The notes beneath the pieces were generated by a model that did no database searches, was not told the DNA's origin, and was given only the letters and a program-made list of their open reading frames with translations. Below are positions 34,641 through 46,040 of a stretch of 64,000 bases of DNA, piece by piece. A program made the position numbers and the translations under genes. Position 1 is the first letter of the stretch. Every line of letters begins with the position of its first letter. Source of the stretch: Antechinus flavipes (taxonomy: Eukaryota); NCBI RefSeq assembly GCF_016432865.1, contig NC_067402.1, positions 1,054,001 through 1,118,000 on the forward strand, read 5' to 3'.

Positions 34641-37439
34641 ACGCTGCTTCAGGCTTCAAGCTTCCCAGCTCTCAGGAGCCTCTAGTTACAGAAGAGAGAG
34701 GAGAGAGGGGGAGGGAGGGGAGGGAGGGAAGGAAGAGACAGAGACAGATAGAGACAGAGACGAAAAAATCCAAGCCCTGGAAAGAAGGCGACATGAGCTG
34801 CTTCTCTGCTTCACTGGAGATTTGGAGGGACTTCCTCTTAGATGAGTCCCAGAATCAGCTCTCCTGTTTAAGCTGAGTTACCTTGCTACTTTATTCTGCA
34901 ACATGTGGTATATTTTCTTCCTCAGGATCCTTCCCCCACAATAATTATTGAGAGTGACCAGAGGTTACCTTGACCCTGAAATGCCCATCCCCTACACTAA
35001 GGGACCAGACACACAGAATTCTGTGTGTTCCCCCCCTTTCAGGTCTCTGGGTAGGGCAGAGTGGGGGTCTCAGCCGCTTCCCTCCTCACAGAGAGTAAAG
35101 TCTCTAGCAGAAAATGGGGAGAATGGGAATGTCTGTTGTCTCCCTTTGTCCAGCTGAGGCTCCGTCTGGAGGAAGATGAGGAACTTGGAGGATTGGATGA
35201 TGGTGAGGAACTTGGAGGGTTGGATGATCGTTCCCCTCAAACTGCCTTTTGGAGTCGGTGAATCCTGAAGCGACTCCTGGTTCTCCTTCCCTGGCCCTTT
35301 ATTCTGAGCATGCAGCCTCCCAGGCCTGTCTGAAAATTGTCTTTCTGGCTGGATTCTGGTCTTCGTCTCTTCCATGGAAGCAGCCAGTTTCAGAGCCACA
35401 CAAGTTCAGTTCTCTCCCGGAAGTTTGCCTCGTTGATCTGAGTCTGTTTTATGGTTTTTGCTGGGAAAGGTCACAAGTGTCTCCCATCTTGGTCTCATCG
35501 GCACGTAATTGCTGCATTTATTAATCTGGAATATTTCTCACATGTCAGAACGCTACCAAATGGACAGTTACTTGCAAGATTCGAATGATGACATGAACAA
35601 GTCATTGACAGACTGTTGGTTGTCAGGATTTGAATTCAAGTTCGGTATGATAGTACACGTGAATTACTGGTCCATGTGTTTGAGAATGCATGCTCACTAT
35701 TCTGATTTTTTGATACATTTGCTTTTATTCTGTGATGTTTATGCTCTCTGATGTCTATTTCCTCATATGCTACTGCTTGGAGTTAAATTGTATTTTTAAA
35801 TTTTTATTTTAATTTGAATTTATAAAATAAAACAAGCATTTCCATAACATAGTATAATAAAAAGATGATTATACATAAAACTGCAAATCTACTATGCACA
35901 ACCTACTAATTCTTTCAAATAGATAACAAAAGTATTGAATAAATTTCTTCTTCCCCCCTTTTTCTTCCCTCTCCTTCCTTGTCCTAGAGATGGCCACTGT
36001 TAGCTTATGAGCCTAGAGAGTTCAGGGTATTTTCCCTTGGAAGAGATCTGGGACTTTCTCTTGGTTGAATTGTATTGTCTGGTCTATGTTCTCAGTGCAC
36101 TTCCTCTGACTTCTGCCTGGCTTGGAGACCTATATATGTAAATTTGTTTTATCACATAATTCTATTTGTCAGTTCTTTTCCTTCCTTCTTAGATCCTTTG
36201 TTTGAGGTATTTATCACAGTCAAAATAACTTATTCATTCAATGCTGTTCTTTTTTTCCCCAACGTTATTCTCAAAACAATATTCTTTTTACCATATACAA
36301 CGTTCTCTTGGTTCTCCTCATTTTGCTCTTCATTATTTCATATAAGTCTTTCCACATTTTCCTAAGATCACTGAGTCTGTCATTTCTAATACCACAATGG
36401 TTTTCTACCAAGATCCCTTAACTCGTTCAGCTAGTCCTTTAAGCTGGGTTTTCATTTTAATGGGCCTGGATGAAAATGCCTCCAGGAAGACAAATCTGGC
36501 TTCAGATATTTACTAGCTAATTGACCCTGGACAAGGCATCTAACTCCGTTTGCCTCAGTTTCTTTATCTGTAAAATGATCTGGAGAAGGAAATGGCAAAC
36601 TACTCCAATATCCCGCCAAGAAAATCCCAAATGGGGTTACAGGGGAATCAGACCAACTGGAAACAGAATATATGTGCAGTCTGCATGTACTCCTAATGAG
36701 CATTTGTTCAATATCAGTTTCAGTGATACTGAAAACTAATTGCCTGGGATGCCAGGAGAATCATCCTTCTTTGAAAGCAGATACTTATGTTTATGCACCA
36801 TGTTTACAAGCTGTGGAACTGCCCCTGATGATCTTTGCAAGGGACTGAAAAAAGTTCCAGTCCAGGGAAGGAATATCACCCCTGTCCCAAAGTCTTTTGG
36901 CATGGGATTATCTCTTTAGTGTGGAGACGAATGGGGTGGGACTGGAGAGAGGAGAGCAATTCATACTTCACTTTAACCACTTCTGGCTTCGAGCTTCAAG
37001 GGAGAAGATGGAAATGGGAAGAAGTCAGCACGAGAAGAAGGCAACTTCCTCATGTCCCCATCTCCAGCTCATGACCCTGGAGAGTTCAGGTATTTCCTCT
37101 TGGAAGAGATCTGGGACTCTCATTTGGATGAGCTGTATTGTCTGGTATATGTTCTCTGTGTACTTCCTCTGACTTCTGCTTGGCTATGGACTTGGATATT
37201 TAAAACTTGGGAGCTCCCCTTTTCCCGCTAATGAACAATGACCTGAAGTTCAGCTTGATCTCCTACACCAACAATTAACAGATAGATGTCATTCTGTTTT
37301 GGTATTCTCTCTCTCTCTGAGGAGAGCACAATAGCCTCCAACTTAGACTCCCTGCTTTTTTCCAAGCAGGAATTAATATCTCTTCTGGAGAAATGTGGGA
37401 AGAAAAGAATAATATTTATTCTTCTTCCTTTTGAGCTAC

Positions 37440-38218
37440 TTTTCCAATGAGTCCCATCTTCTCATCATCATGGCCTTTTCCAATGAGTCCCATCTTCTCA
37501 TCATCATGGCCTTTTCCAGCGAGTCCCATCTTCTCATCATCATGGCCTTTTCCAGCGAGTCCCTTCTTCTCGTCATCATGGCCTTTTCCAGCGAGTCCCA
37601 TCTTCTCGTCATCATGGCCTTTTCCAGCGAGTCCCATCTTCTCGTCATCATGGCCTTTTCCAGCGAGTCCCATCTTCTCGTCATCATGGCCTTTTCCAGC
37701 GAGTCCCATCTTCTCGTCATCATGGCCTTTTCCAGCGAGTCCCATCTTCTCGTCATCATGGCCTTTTCCAGCGAGTCCCATCTTCTCGTCATCATGGCCT
37801 TTTCCAGCGAGTCCCATCTTCTCGTCATCATGGCCTTTTCCAGCGAGTCCCATCTTCTCGTCATCAGGGCCTTTTCCAGCGAGTCCCATCTTCTCGTCAT
37901 CAGGGCCTTTTCCAGCGAGTCCCATCTTCTCGTCATCAGGGCCTTTTCCAGCGAGTCCCATCTTCTCGTCATCATGGCCTTTTCCAGCGAGTCCCATCTT
38001 CTCGTCATCATGGCCTTTTCCAGCGAGTCCCATCTTCTCATCATCATGGCCTTTTCCAGCGAGTCCCTTCTTCTCATCATCAGGGCCTTTTCCAGCGAGT
38101 CCCATCTTCTCATCATCAGGGCCTTTTCCAGCGAGTCCCTTCTTCTCGTCATCATGGCCTTTTCCAGCGAGTCCCTTCTTCTCATCATCATGGCCTTTTC
38201 CAACGAGTCCCATCTTCT
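37440..38218. repeat. 36-bp minisatellite, 21 full units plus a partial anchor, derived from a BovB-like RTE
   Basis: Unit TTTTCCAGCGAGTCCCATCTTCTCGTCATCATGGCC; period 36 exact from 37440 to 38196. Confidence 0.97.
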
Positions 38219-39048
38219 TGTTATGTGACCAAAGTATTTAAGCTTCTTCGTTAGTATTTGACCTCCCAGTGAATAGTCTGAATTAATTTCTCTAAGTATT
38301 GATTGCTTTGGTCTCCTTGCTGTCCAGAGGACTCTCAAAAGTTTTATCCAGCACCGCAAGTGGAAAGCTTTGCTTCTGCATCTCTCATCCGTCCTTACAA
38401 TCTACTACATACATGCTACTGGAAAAACCATGGCATTGATCATACGGCCATATGACTTTACTAGCCAAGTGATGTCTCTGCTTTTTAGTCTGCTGGCCAG
38501 ATTTGCCAAAGCTTTTTTCCCGAGGAGCAAACGTCCTTCAATTGCACAGCGGCCCTCACTGTCTGCAGTGATCCTGGAGCCCAAGAATAGAAAATCGGAT
38601 CCTACTTCTATTTGCCAGGATGTAATGGGGCTGGTTGCAGAGATCTTAGCATTCTTGATGTCAGCTTCAAGCCAGCTTTTACCCTCTTTCACCCTTATAA
38701 GAGGTTTCCTAATTCTTCGCTTTCTCTCATCAGAGTGATATCATCTACATATCTGAGACTGTGGATACTTCTCCCAGTCACCTTCCTTCTGGCTTTGGAT
38801 CCATCCAGCCTGGCGCCTCAGATGCTGTAGTCTGCATAGGAGTTAAATAAAAAAGGGGACCGCATACTGCCTCGTCACACCCCTTTCCCAATCTTAAACT
38901 GACCAGTTGTTCCACATTCAGTTCTCACTGTAGCTTCTAGGTCCACATGAGGAAAGTCAGGTGATCTGGTACTCCTGTCTTTTTAAGGACTTGCCATATT
39001 TTGCTGTGATCCACACAGTCAAAGGCTTTAGTCTAGTCAGTGAAGCAG
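38196..39048 (-). mobile_element. 5'-truncated BovB-like RTE LINE fragment
   Basis: Minus-strand translation LLRVLWTARRPKQSILREI...KLKYFGHITRRWDSLEK matches the BovB RT C-terminus; the 5' end has the TGTGATCCACACAGTCAAAGGCTTT (KAFDCVDH) motif. Confidence 0.85.
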
Positions 39049-40192
39049 ACAGCTGGATAGATAGAAACATAATTGGATATTGTTCAATGATAGAGATAAA
39101 CACATGAATGGTGATAGATTAGTCAGCAGGTGGATCTATCGATCGATGATGGTTAAATCAGCTGATAGTGATAGAACAAATGAGAGACAGGTGGGTAGAT
39201 GGATGAATAGACAGATGAACAGATGATAGAGCAATTATTAAGCAATTACTGTGCACCAGGCTCTATGATTAGTGCCAGTGATACAAATACAAACCAACCC
39301 CCCCCCTGTAATTCTCTACCTTTAAGGAACTTAATGGCACAAGACAAGCCAGAAAAGAGAGCTAGAGGACTGGCAGGTCAAGGGAAAGGGAGAGGCGGAC
39401 GAAAGAAGTCTAGGGTGTTGGGGACAGGACTGGGAGAAGTGGACAAGGATGCCTGGGCTCTTTATGAAATAGTGTGCTGGGCAGGAACACCGGAGGAGGG
39501 GCTGGAGGAGTGGAGGCCCTTCAGGAGGTCATTAGAGAGGAGGTAAGAAAGCCCAGTCAGAACAGTGAGTGCCACTAGACTGGTCATTCGGAGCCTTCAG
39601 GGCCCCACCAGTGCCAATGGGCCAGCTGTGCCAGCATTTTGGACACGTCCCTTCCCCACGGCCAGGTGATCTCTCCTTTTTCAGAGTGGCTAAATCTGAA
39701 GCTCTGATTTACTGATTGTGAGTAGAACCAAGTGCTTCACCCCCTCCCATTGATGAAGGGATGGCAACAGGAGAGCCTGGAGGGGCTGCCCCGGCTTTGT
39801 TAACTTAGGGACAGCGCTGTGTCTGACAGTACTGGGAGCGATGACTTCTCCACAGCTAATGTGTCAATGAAATAGGACGCATCTTCATTCTCATTATGTC
39901 TGGGGTGACACAGTGGACAGAAAGCCAGGCCTGGAGTCAGGGAGTCTGAATTCAAATTTGGCCTCAAACACTGATGAGCTTGGGCAACTCACTAGCCTCT
40001 GTCTGCCTCAGTTTGCTTAACAGTAAAATGGGGATGATAACAGCATCCACTTCCCAGGATGGGTGTGAGGAGCAAATGAGATAACATTTGGAACTCATTT
40101 AGCACAGTGCCTGGCACAAAGTAAGGGCTAAATAGCTGCTCTAATTATCACCTACCCAATACCATGTTTGACCCTCCTGATAGAGCAGGGTT

Positions 40193-40510
40193 TTTTTAAA
40201 TTTAATTTTAATATTTTCAAATATTATTTAATATTTTATTTCTTATTTAATATTTAATGTTAGTTATTAATTAGTTAATTAATTTAAAGGCTCTTTGAAT
40301 TTTTATTTAATTTATTCTTATTGTATTACTACATGTTTATTTTACATATAATTATCATAAAATTAATTAATTACTTTTATTTATTAATGGAGATTTAAGT
40401 TAATATTTAATGATTAATAATTTAAATTAATATTCAAATGAAATAATTATTTAATATTACTAAATATTTAAAATTTTAATAATAATAATAATAATAACTT
40501 AATTTAAATG
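40193..40510. repeat. Extremely AT-rich low-complexity tract
   Basis: Roughly 90% A+T by eye, includes (AAT)n. Confidence 0.9.
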
Positions 40511-42626
40511 AAGGTCCTAGTCTGCTCCTGGGCCTAGTTTCACTCTTGGGGTTAAAAGCAGTGGGCTTGCATCTGGAGGCTCCGGGGCATCATGGGACTC
40601 ACTCTGGGCAGCGGAGAGCCTGGCAGAAATACTTCGTGGGAGAGGACCCGGGGGGCCTCCGGACAGCAGGAAGTGTCTGCTTCTGTGGAGGGGGAGGGAG
40701 AGCAGGAGCCAGCCAGCCAGCCAGCCCCGGGATAGTAAGCCACGGGTCACACAGCGGATTCCGAGCTGGGGTTCCCGCCGCATGGAGTTTGGCCAATGTA
40801 ATAGAGCTAAGCTCTAGTGGGTCAAACCAAGTCAACCCCCTTGGGAGAGAGTGTGGGGACCTTTAGGCTGAGAAGCCGCAGCTGTGCTTGCCGGAAGGAC
40901 AGCCAGGACCACGGGAGCTGAGATGTGCACAGTGATCAAGCCCCGGCAGCCCAAATGCTTGCTCCAGGGCCTGTCCCTGGCCGAGTCCCCGGCTGTTGCC
41001 TAGGTTACTCTCCCTCAGTGCCCAGCGCCCAGAAGTAATGGGACATCCACGTGGCCAGAGATGGACAAAAGCTCTTTGAGTGGGGCCAGTGGAGGGAGGG
41101 GGAATCTCCCGCAGTCCTCCCCAGGCCGGGGCTGGAGGTAGCCATGTGAGTCCCATGGCTTCGGTCGGGAGGTCAAGGGCAATGAAAGGCTCACATCCGG
41201 GACATCCATAGCCACAGTCCCGTTTTCTGCTTTCCAGAGGCCCTGAGGCCCTGGGGGAGGAGACTGCTGAAGACCAAGTACACTGAGAGAATGGGCTCAC
41301 TGGCCTGCACAGGAATTCCCCTCCTGTCCCCCCCTCTTTCCCTTCCTGCGAGTCCCTGGCTTCCCTTTCTTGGATCCTGGCAGGCTGTGGAAGGGGCTTG
41401 GGCGCCCTGGCACAGCACGGGCATCTCACTGCGGGTGCCTCGGGGTCCTGCCCACTTCCTGAGCTTTGGGGTCTTCCAATGCCACGTGAAGGGGGCAGAT
41501 TTGTGAACCTCCAACTTCCACCAGCCTCTGACAGCCGAAGAATGCGGCAGAGCCACACAGAGGACCCTCCTCTTGGCCGATGTTCCACCTCCCGAGGGGA
41601 GACTTGGTCCTGGCTCTGGAGCCAGCCCAGCACTCGGCTTTGTATGTGTAATCAGTTAGCTGACTCAGGATTCCGAAGGAACTTGGTCTCCCTCATCTTA
41701 CAATTCAGTAAGTGGAGCCCAGGGAGGAGAGAGGAACTTTTAGCTGTAAATTTAAGGAGCTTTTCTTGCTCTTTCCTATTTCATCAGTCTAGGGGAATCC
41801 CGGTGTGCAGAGTTTCTCCACTGATGCAGATTGTGATTTCTCAACTCTCTGGGACAGAAGAAAGGAAAATCCAACTGGTTTTGCCCTTTAGAAACTTTGA
41901 TAGTGTTCTGCCGCGGAGGGAAACAATGTATCCCCAGATTAGTGAGTGCAAGATACAAAGTTAAGAGGAATGGGGAGGACCTGAGTGAGCCCCCGAGGTA
42001 TTTGAAAGTTGGGCTCCCAAAGGTCCCAAGACTTCTGCCTTCAAAGAGTCTAAGCCTGGGTTTATCAGCCGAGATCCCCAGAGATTAAAAAACTGCCATC
42101 AGTTAGCTTTTGGAGAAAAATGTTTGCTCAGAAGGTTACAAAAACCTTCCCCTAAGCAGAGTTCTCTTCCCACTGCACCGGCCTGGGTCTCGGGTCTCTG
42201 GGGGGGAGTGGACTTCCACAAATGTAAGGGGACTGAGGCGCACACAACCAGGATCCCACATAGAGAACACATGTGGCTTATGGGTGTCCTTGTGGCTGTG
42301 GGGATAACTTTTCGCTTTGAAAATTTCTCTAAGTCTTGGTATCAAGAAATGAACCCTTATCCCTTTGTATTTCCAGCACTTAGACTAGTGCTTAACGTAT
42401 AGCAGGCAGTTAACACACACTTCTTGATTTGACATCCACTGGGAAATGTCCAGCAGGCAGTTTTTGATGAAGGAATAGAGCTCAGGTCCAAGGTGGACAC
42501 TTGAATCTGGACAGCACTGTACAGCAATGACGACTGAACCCATGGGAGCTGAGACAGTGCAGGAACGTTCCTGGTGTGATGTGGAAGAAAATCCAGCAAA
42601 GGGGACAAAGAAGTAGTGGGGAAAGA

Positions 42627-42879
42627 NNNNNNNNNNNNNNNNNNNNNNNNNNNNNNNNNNNNNNNNNNNNNNNNNNNNNNNNNNNNNNNNNNNNNNNNNN
42701 NNNNNNNNNNNNNNNNNNNNNNNNNNNNNNNNNNNNNNNNNNNNNNNNNNNNNNNNNNNNNNNNNNNNNNNNNNNNNNNNNNNNNNNNNNNNNNNNNNNN
42801 NNNNNNNNNNNNNNNNNNNNNNNNNNNNNNNNNNNNNNNNNNNNNNNNNNNNNNNNNNNNNNNNNNNNNNNNNNNNNNN
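42627..42879. other. Assembly gap (253 N)
   Basis: N run. Confidence 1.
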
Positions 42880-44446
42880 TAGAAAGAGGGAGGGAGAAAT
42901 GATTCACAAAAGCCCATGGAGTGGCAGAGGTTGCCAAGAAGTCAGAGAAGGTAAGGTTTGTAAAGAGCCTATTGGATCGGGGAGCTTTCAGGAGAGTGTT
43001 CCCAGTTAAGAGATTGGACGCCAGATGTCAGGGATCTGAGTTATCAGAGAAAGGCAGGTTCTGCCGGTTCTGCTTACTCACTGCCCACGCTCTCCAGGCC
43101 CATCCCCCGCAGCCTCCCTGGGGCTCATCCCTAAGACTTGGGAATTCCCCCATCTCTGGGGATGCTGGATCCCCACCATCGATCCCAGTCAAGATGGCTG
43201 AGGTGCTCATGGGTATCGAAGCTTCTCTGGTGGGGGTTCAGAGGGCAGTCCTGAGCTGTTTAAACTAAGGCTGATGTGCAGCCCACATCCTAGGAATGGT
43301 TCCCATTGAATGGCTCAGGAACTGCCTGAAGATTTGAGGTTAAAGGATTCAAGCAAAACCTCATTAATGGACCCTCAGGCAGGAGATAATTCTTAAAACC
43401 ATTATAAACAGTATATTAACTTACTTTGGAGGTTCGTGACATTTGGTTGTTGCAAGCAGACCACGGCCCAAACCTCTGGGCAGCACTGTCCTGGGTAAAT
43501 GAGGGAAGGTGTCCTTGGCTCTAAAGTATCCCTGACTGGGAGACCCTAGGGACCTGGCCGCTGGGCAGGGCAAGGGTTACCCTCCTGAGTGGAGCTGGGA
43601 AAGCCAGGGCCACACCTGAAGATACAGCAGGACGAGAAAATGGGCGGCTCCAGTTGTACCCGCTCTTCCTGCACCGCAATGGGGAGTGTGACCGTCTGGC
43701 TTCCATCATGGCCAGTGTCTGGCTCCCCGCTGGTCCTGTGGCTCCCCCACCTCTGACAGAGCAATGGCTCTGCTCTCAAGGCCCCCGACAGACCACTGCC
43801 CCAGCGGTCTCTGGGAGGCAGGGAGAGCCGGCGACCTACCCACTTTCTCCCCATCCCGGTGCCACCTCGTGACCAAGCAGGAATTGTCCTCCACAAGGTA
43901 CAGAGAGCGGCCACTGACTGGCCAGCACAGAGCTGGCTTTCCATTCTGGCATCTAGTCAGGGTGGCTTCTAACCCAATGCTGTGAAATCAGCCCGGTAGC
44001 CCTGTCAGAAGTGGCTCGGACTCCATGCGGGTTCCTGAGCGGGAGACAGGCTGAGGAGAACCGGGGTAGGGCCTCTCCAGGCAGACTGCTGTGAGCCAGT
44101 CTTCACCCCATCACAGCAGCGGGTACCCCCTCTGAGAGCAAAGCCTGTCGCCGTGGCAACAGTCTGGCGGCTCTAGCTGGCTCCGGATCTGCAGCCTCTT
44201 CCAACAGGGGTGTGAGGTTCCTCGCTTCCTTTCCCCAGTGATGGGGTTCTTCATTAGCGAGCCGGCTGTGGGACACGTAGTGAAGAAATGAGGCAGACGA
44301 CGGGATGGCAATGGAGTCGGCAGGGGAGTTTAATCAGGGACTTTTGTGGATTGTCAGCCAGGGAGTGTGGGCACGTGTATGTGTGTGTGTGTGGGGGGAG
44401 TGTATAAAAGAAAGAGAGAGACAGAGAGATACAGAGAGACTGAGAC

Positions 44447-44584
44447 NNNNNNNNNNNNNNNNNNNNNNNNNNNNNNNNNNNNNNNNNNNNNNNNNNNNNN
44501 NNNNNNNNNNNNNNNNNNNNNNNNNNNNNNNNNNNNNNNNNNNNNNNNNNNNNNNNNNNNNNNNNNNNNNNNNNNNNNNNNNNN
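44447..44584. other. Assembly gap (138 N) inside a (GAGACA)n-type microsatellite spanning ~44410-44880
   Basis: N run flanked by GAGACA/GAGACT repeats. Confidence 1.
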
Positions 44585-45755
44585 NCAGAGACAGAGCGAA
44601 ACTGAGACAGAGACAGTGAGACTGAGACAGAGACAGAGAGAGACTGAGATAGAGAGATACAGAGAAACTGAGACAGAGACAGAGACAGAGAGAGACTGAG
44701 ATAGAGAGACTGAGACAGAGAAACTGAGACAGAGACAGAGCAAGACTGAGACAGAAACTGAGACAGAGACAGTGAGACTGAGACAGACAGAGAGAGACTG
44801 AGACAGAGACAGAGAGAGACTGAGACAGAGAGACTGAGACAGAGAAACTGAGACAGAGACAGAGAGACTGAGACAGAGACGGGGGAGGGGGAGAGAGGGA
44901 GGCAGAACACTTGACTGCTTTTTTCCAGGTTGCCCCCAATCCCTTCGTTGCTAAATCCCCTCCCTTAGAGCTTTTCCTTCCTGCCCTCTGCAGTTTTCCG
45001 GAACTTCCCTCTTCCTCTGACTGGGTGACTGCTCTGTCCCGCCCCTTCCCCAGCCTGTCTGCCAGCTCCTTGGCGGGCGCCTCCCTCACTGTCCGTGCCC
45101 AGGTATCTTGTAGGATGGGACCCGGCCCTCAGCTCTTTTCTCCGAATTTCTCATTTCATGTGATCACATGATCTCACCGACTCCAAGGGCTGATGGGTCA
45201 TTTCTATATTTCAGACAAATACCTGGCCAAGTGTTTTCACAAATGGCTGCTGCCTCATGCATTGCTTGAGCTGGGGCTCGCTGCCCTCTGCACCATGGTT
45301 AGCCCTTCCTGGGGGTGGTCTGCAGACAGGCAGGGCCTCGTGGGGCTGGGCCCTCCCTGGAGGAGGCCTTCGGCCTCTGCTTGCCCATGTTCTCTGGGAT
45401 GGCTGGGGCCTGGAGCTGGGGCTCCTATTCTGACAAGTCACAGGATCCCAGAACCTGAGAGGAGACGGGGAAGGAGGTCCAGGGTAGCCTGCCCAGAGCT
45501 GCTCATGTGACATCAAGTCCAAGCCAGGCTCGGCTCTTCAGGGACCCCCTATGCATTTTCTGGGACTATGGGGGCCCCTCCAGGCTTCTCCCCCTGACTC
45601 TGCCCCTGGGTCCCCCTGGAAAGCGTGGGAGCCCCCGTGGGCCCCGTGGTCAGCCCGGGCCCTACAGACTGCACAATCAGAGGCGAGGCCGAGCCCAGGA
45701 CCTGGAAGCGCCAGAGCAGCTGACGAGGGTGCTTGGAAGCCCAGGCCGGCCTGGG

Positions 45756-45763
45756 CATAAATA
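45756..45763 (+). promoter_or_regulatory. TATA-like box of ASB4 (CATAAATA)
   Basis: Isolated AT-rich TATA-like motif in a GC-rich context ~100 nt upstream of the ATG. Confidence 0.45.
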
Positions 45764-45859
45764 GCCCGGGTCAGCACAGCTCGGGGATAAAATTAGCTGC
45801 AGCCTCAGCCCTCCCAGCTCCGCTGCTCGCTTGGGGTGCTCCTTAGGGGCAAGGGCAGC

Positions 45860-46040
45860 ATGGAAGGCACCGTTTCCACAGCCAGGGCCTCCACCAAAAT
45901 CACCAAGAAAACCTTCCTTGAGGCTCTGAGAGCAAATGACTTTGGGAAGCTGAAGGCGCTTTTAGTCCAAAGGAAAGCTGATGTGGATACAGTGTTTGAA
46001 GTGGAGGATGAGAACATGGTGTTGGCGTCTTACAAGCAAG
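45860..46040 (+). CDS. ASB4: ASB4 exon 1 coding part
   Basis: [11 protein letters not shown]...LASYKQ, donor AAG|GTAAAG. Confidence 0.95.

Noticed and set aside
33574-34876. Multiple 120-360 aa repetitive ORFs
   Set aside because: Artefacts of the 23-bp minisatellite.
37416-38359. Four 260-310 aa ORFs on both strands
   Set aside because: A 36-bp unit is a multiple of 3 and lacks stops in most frames; no promoter or splice context.
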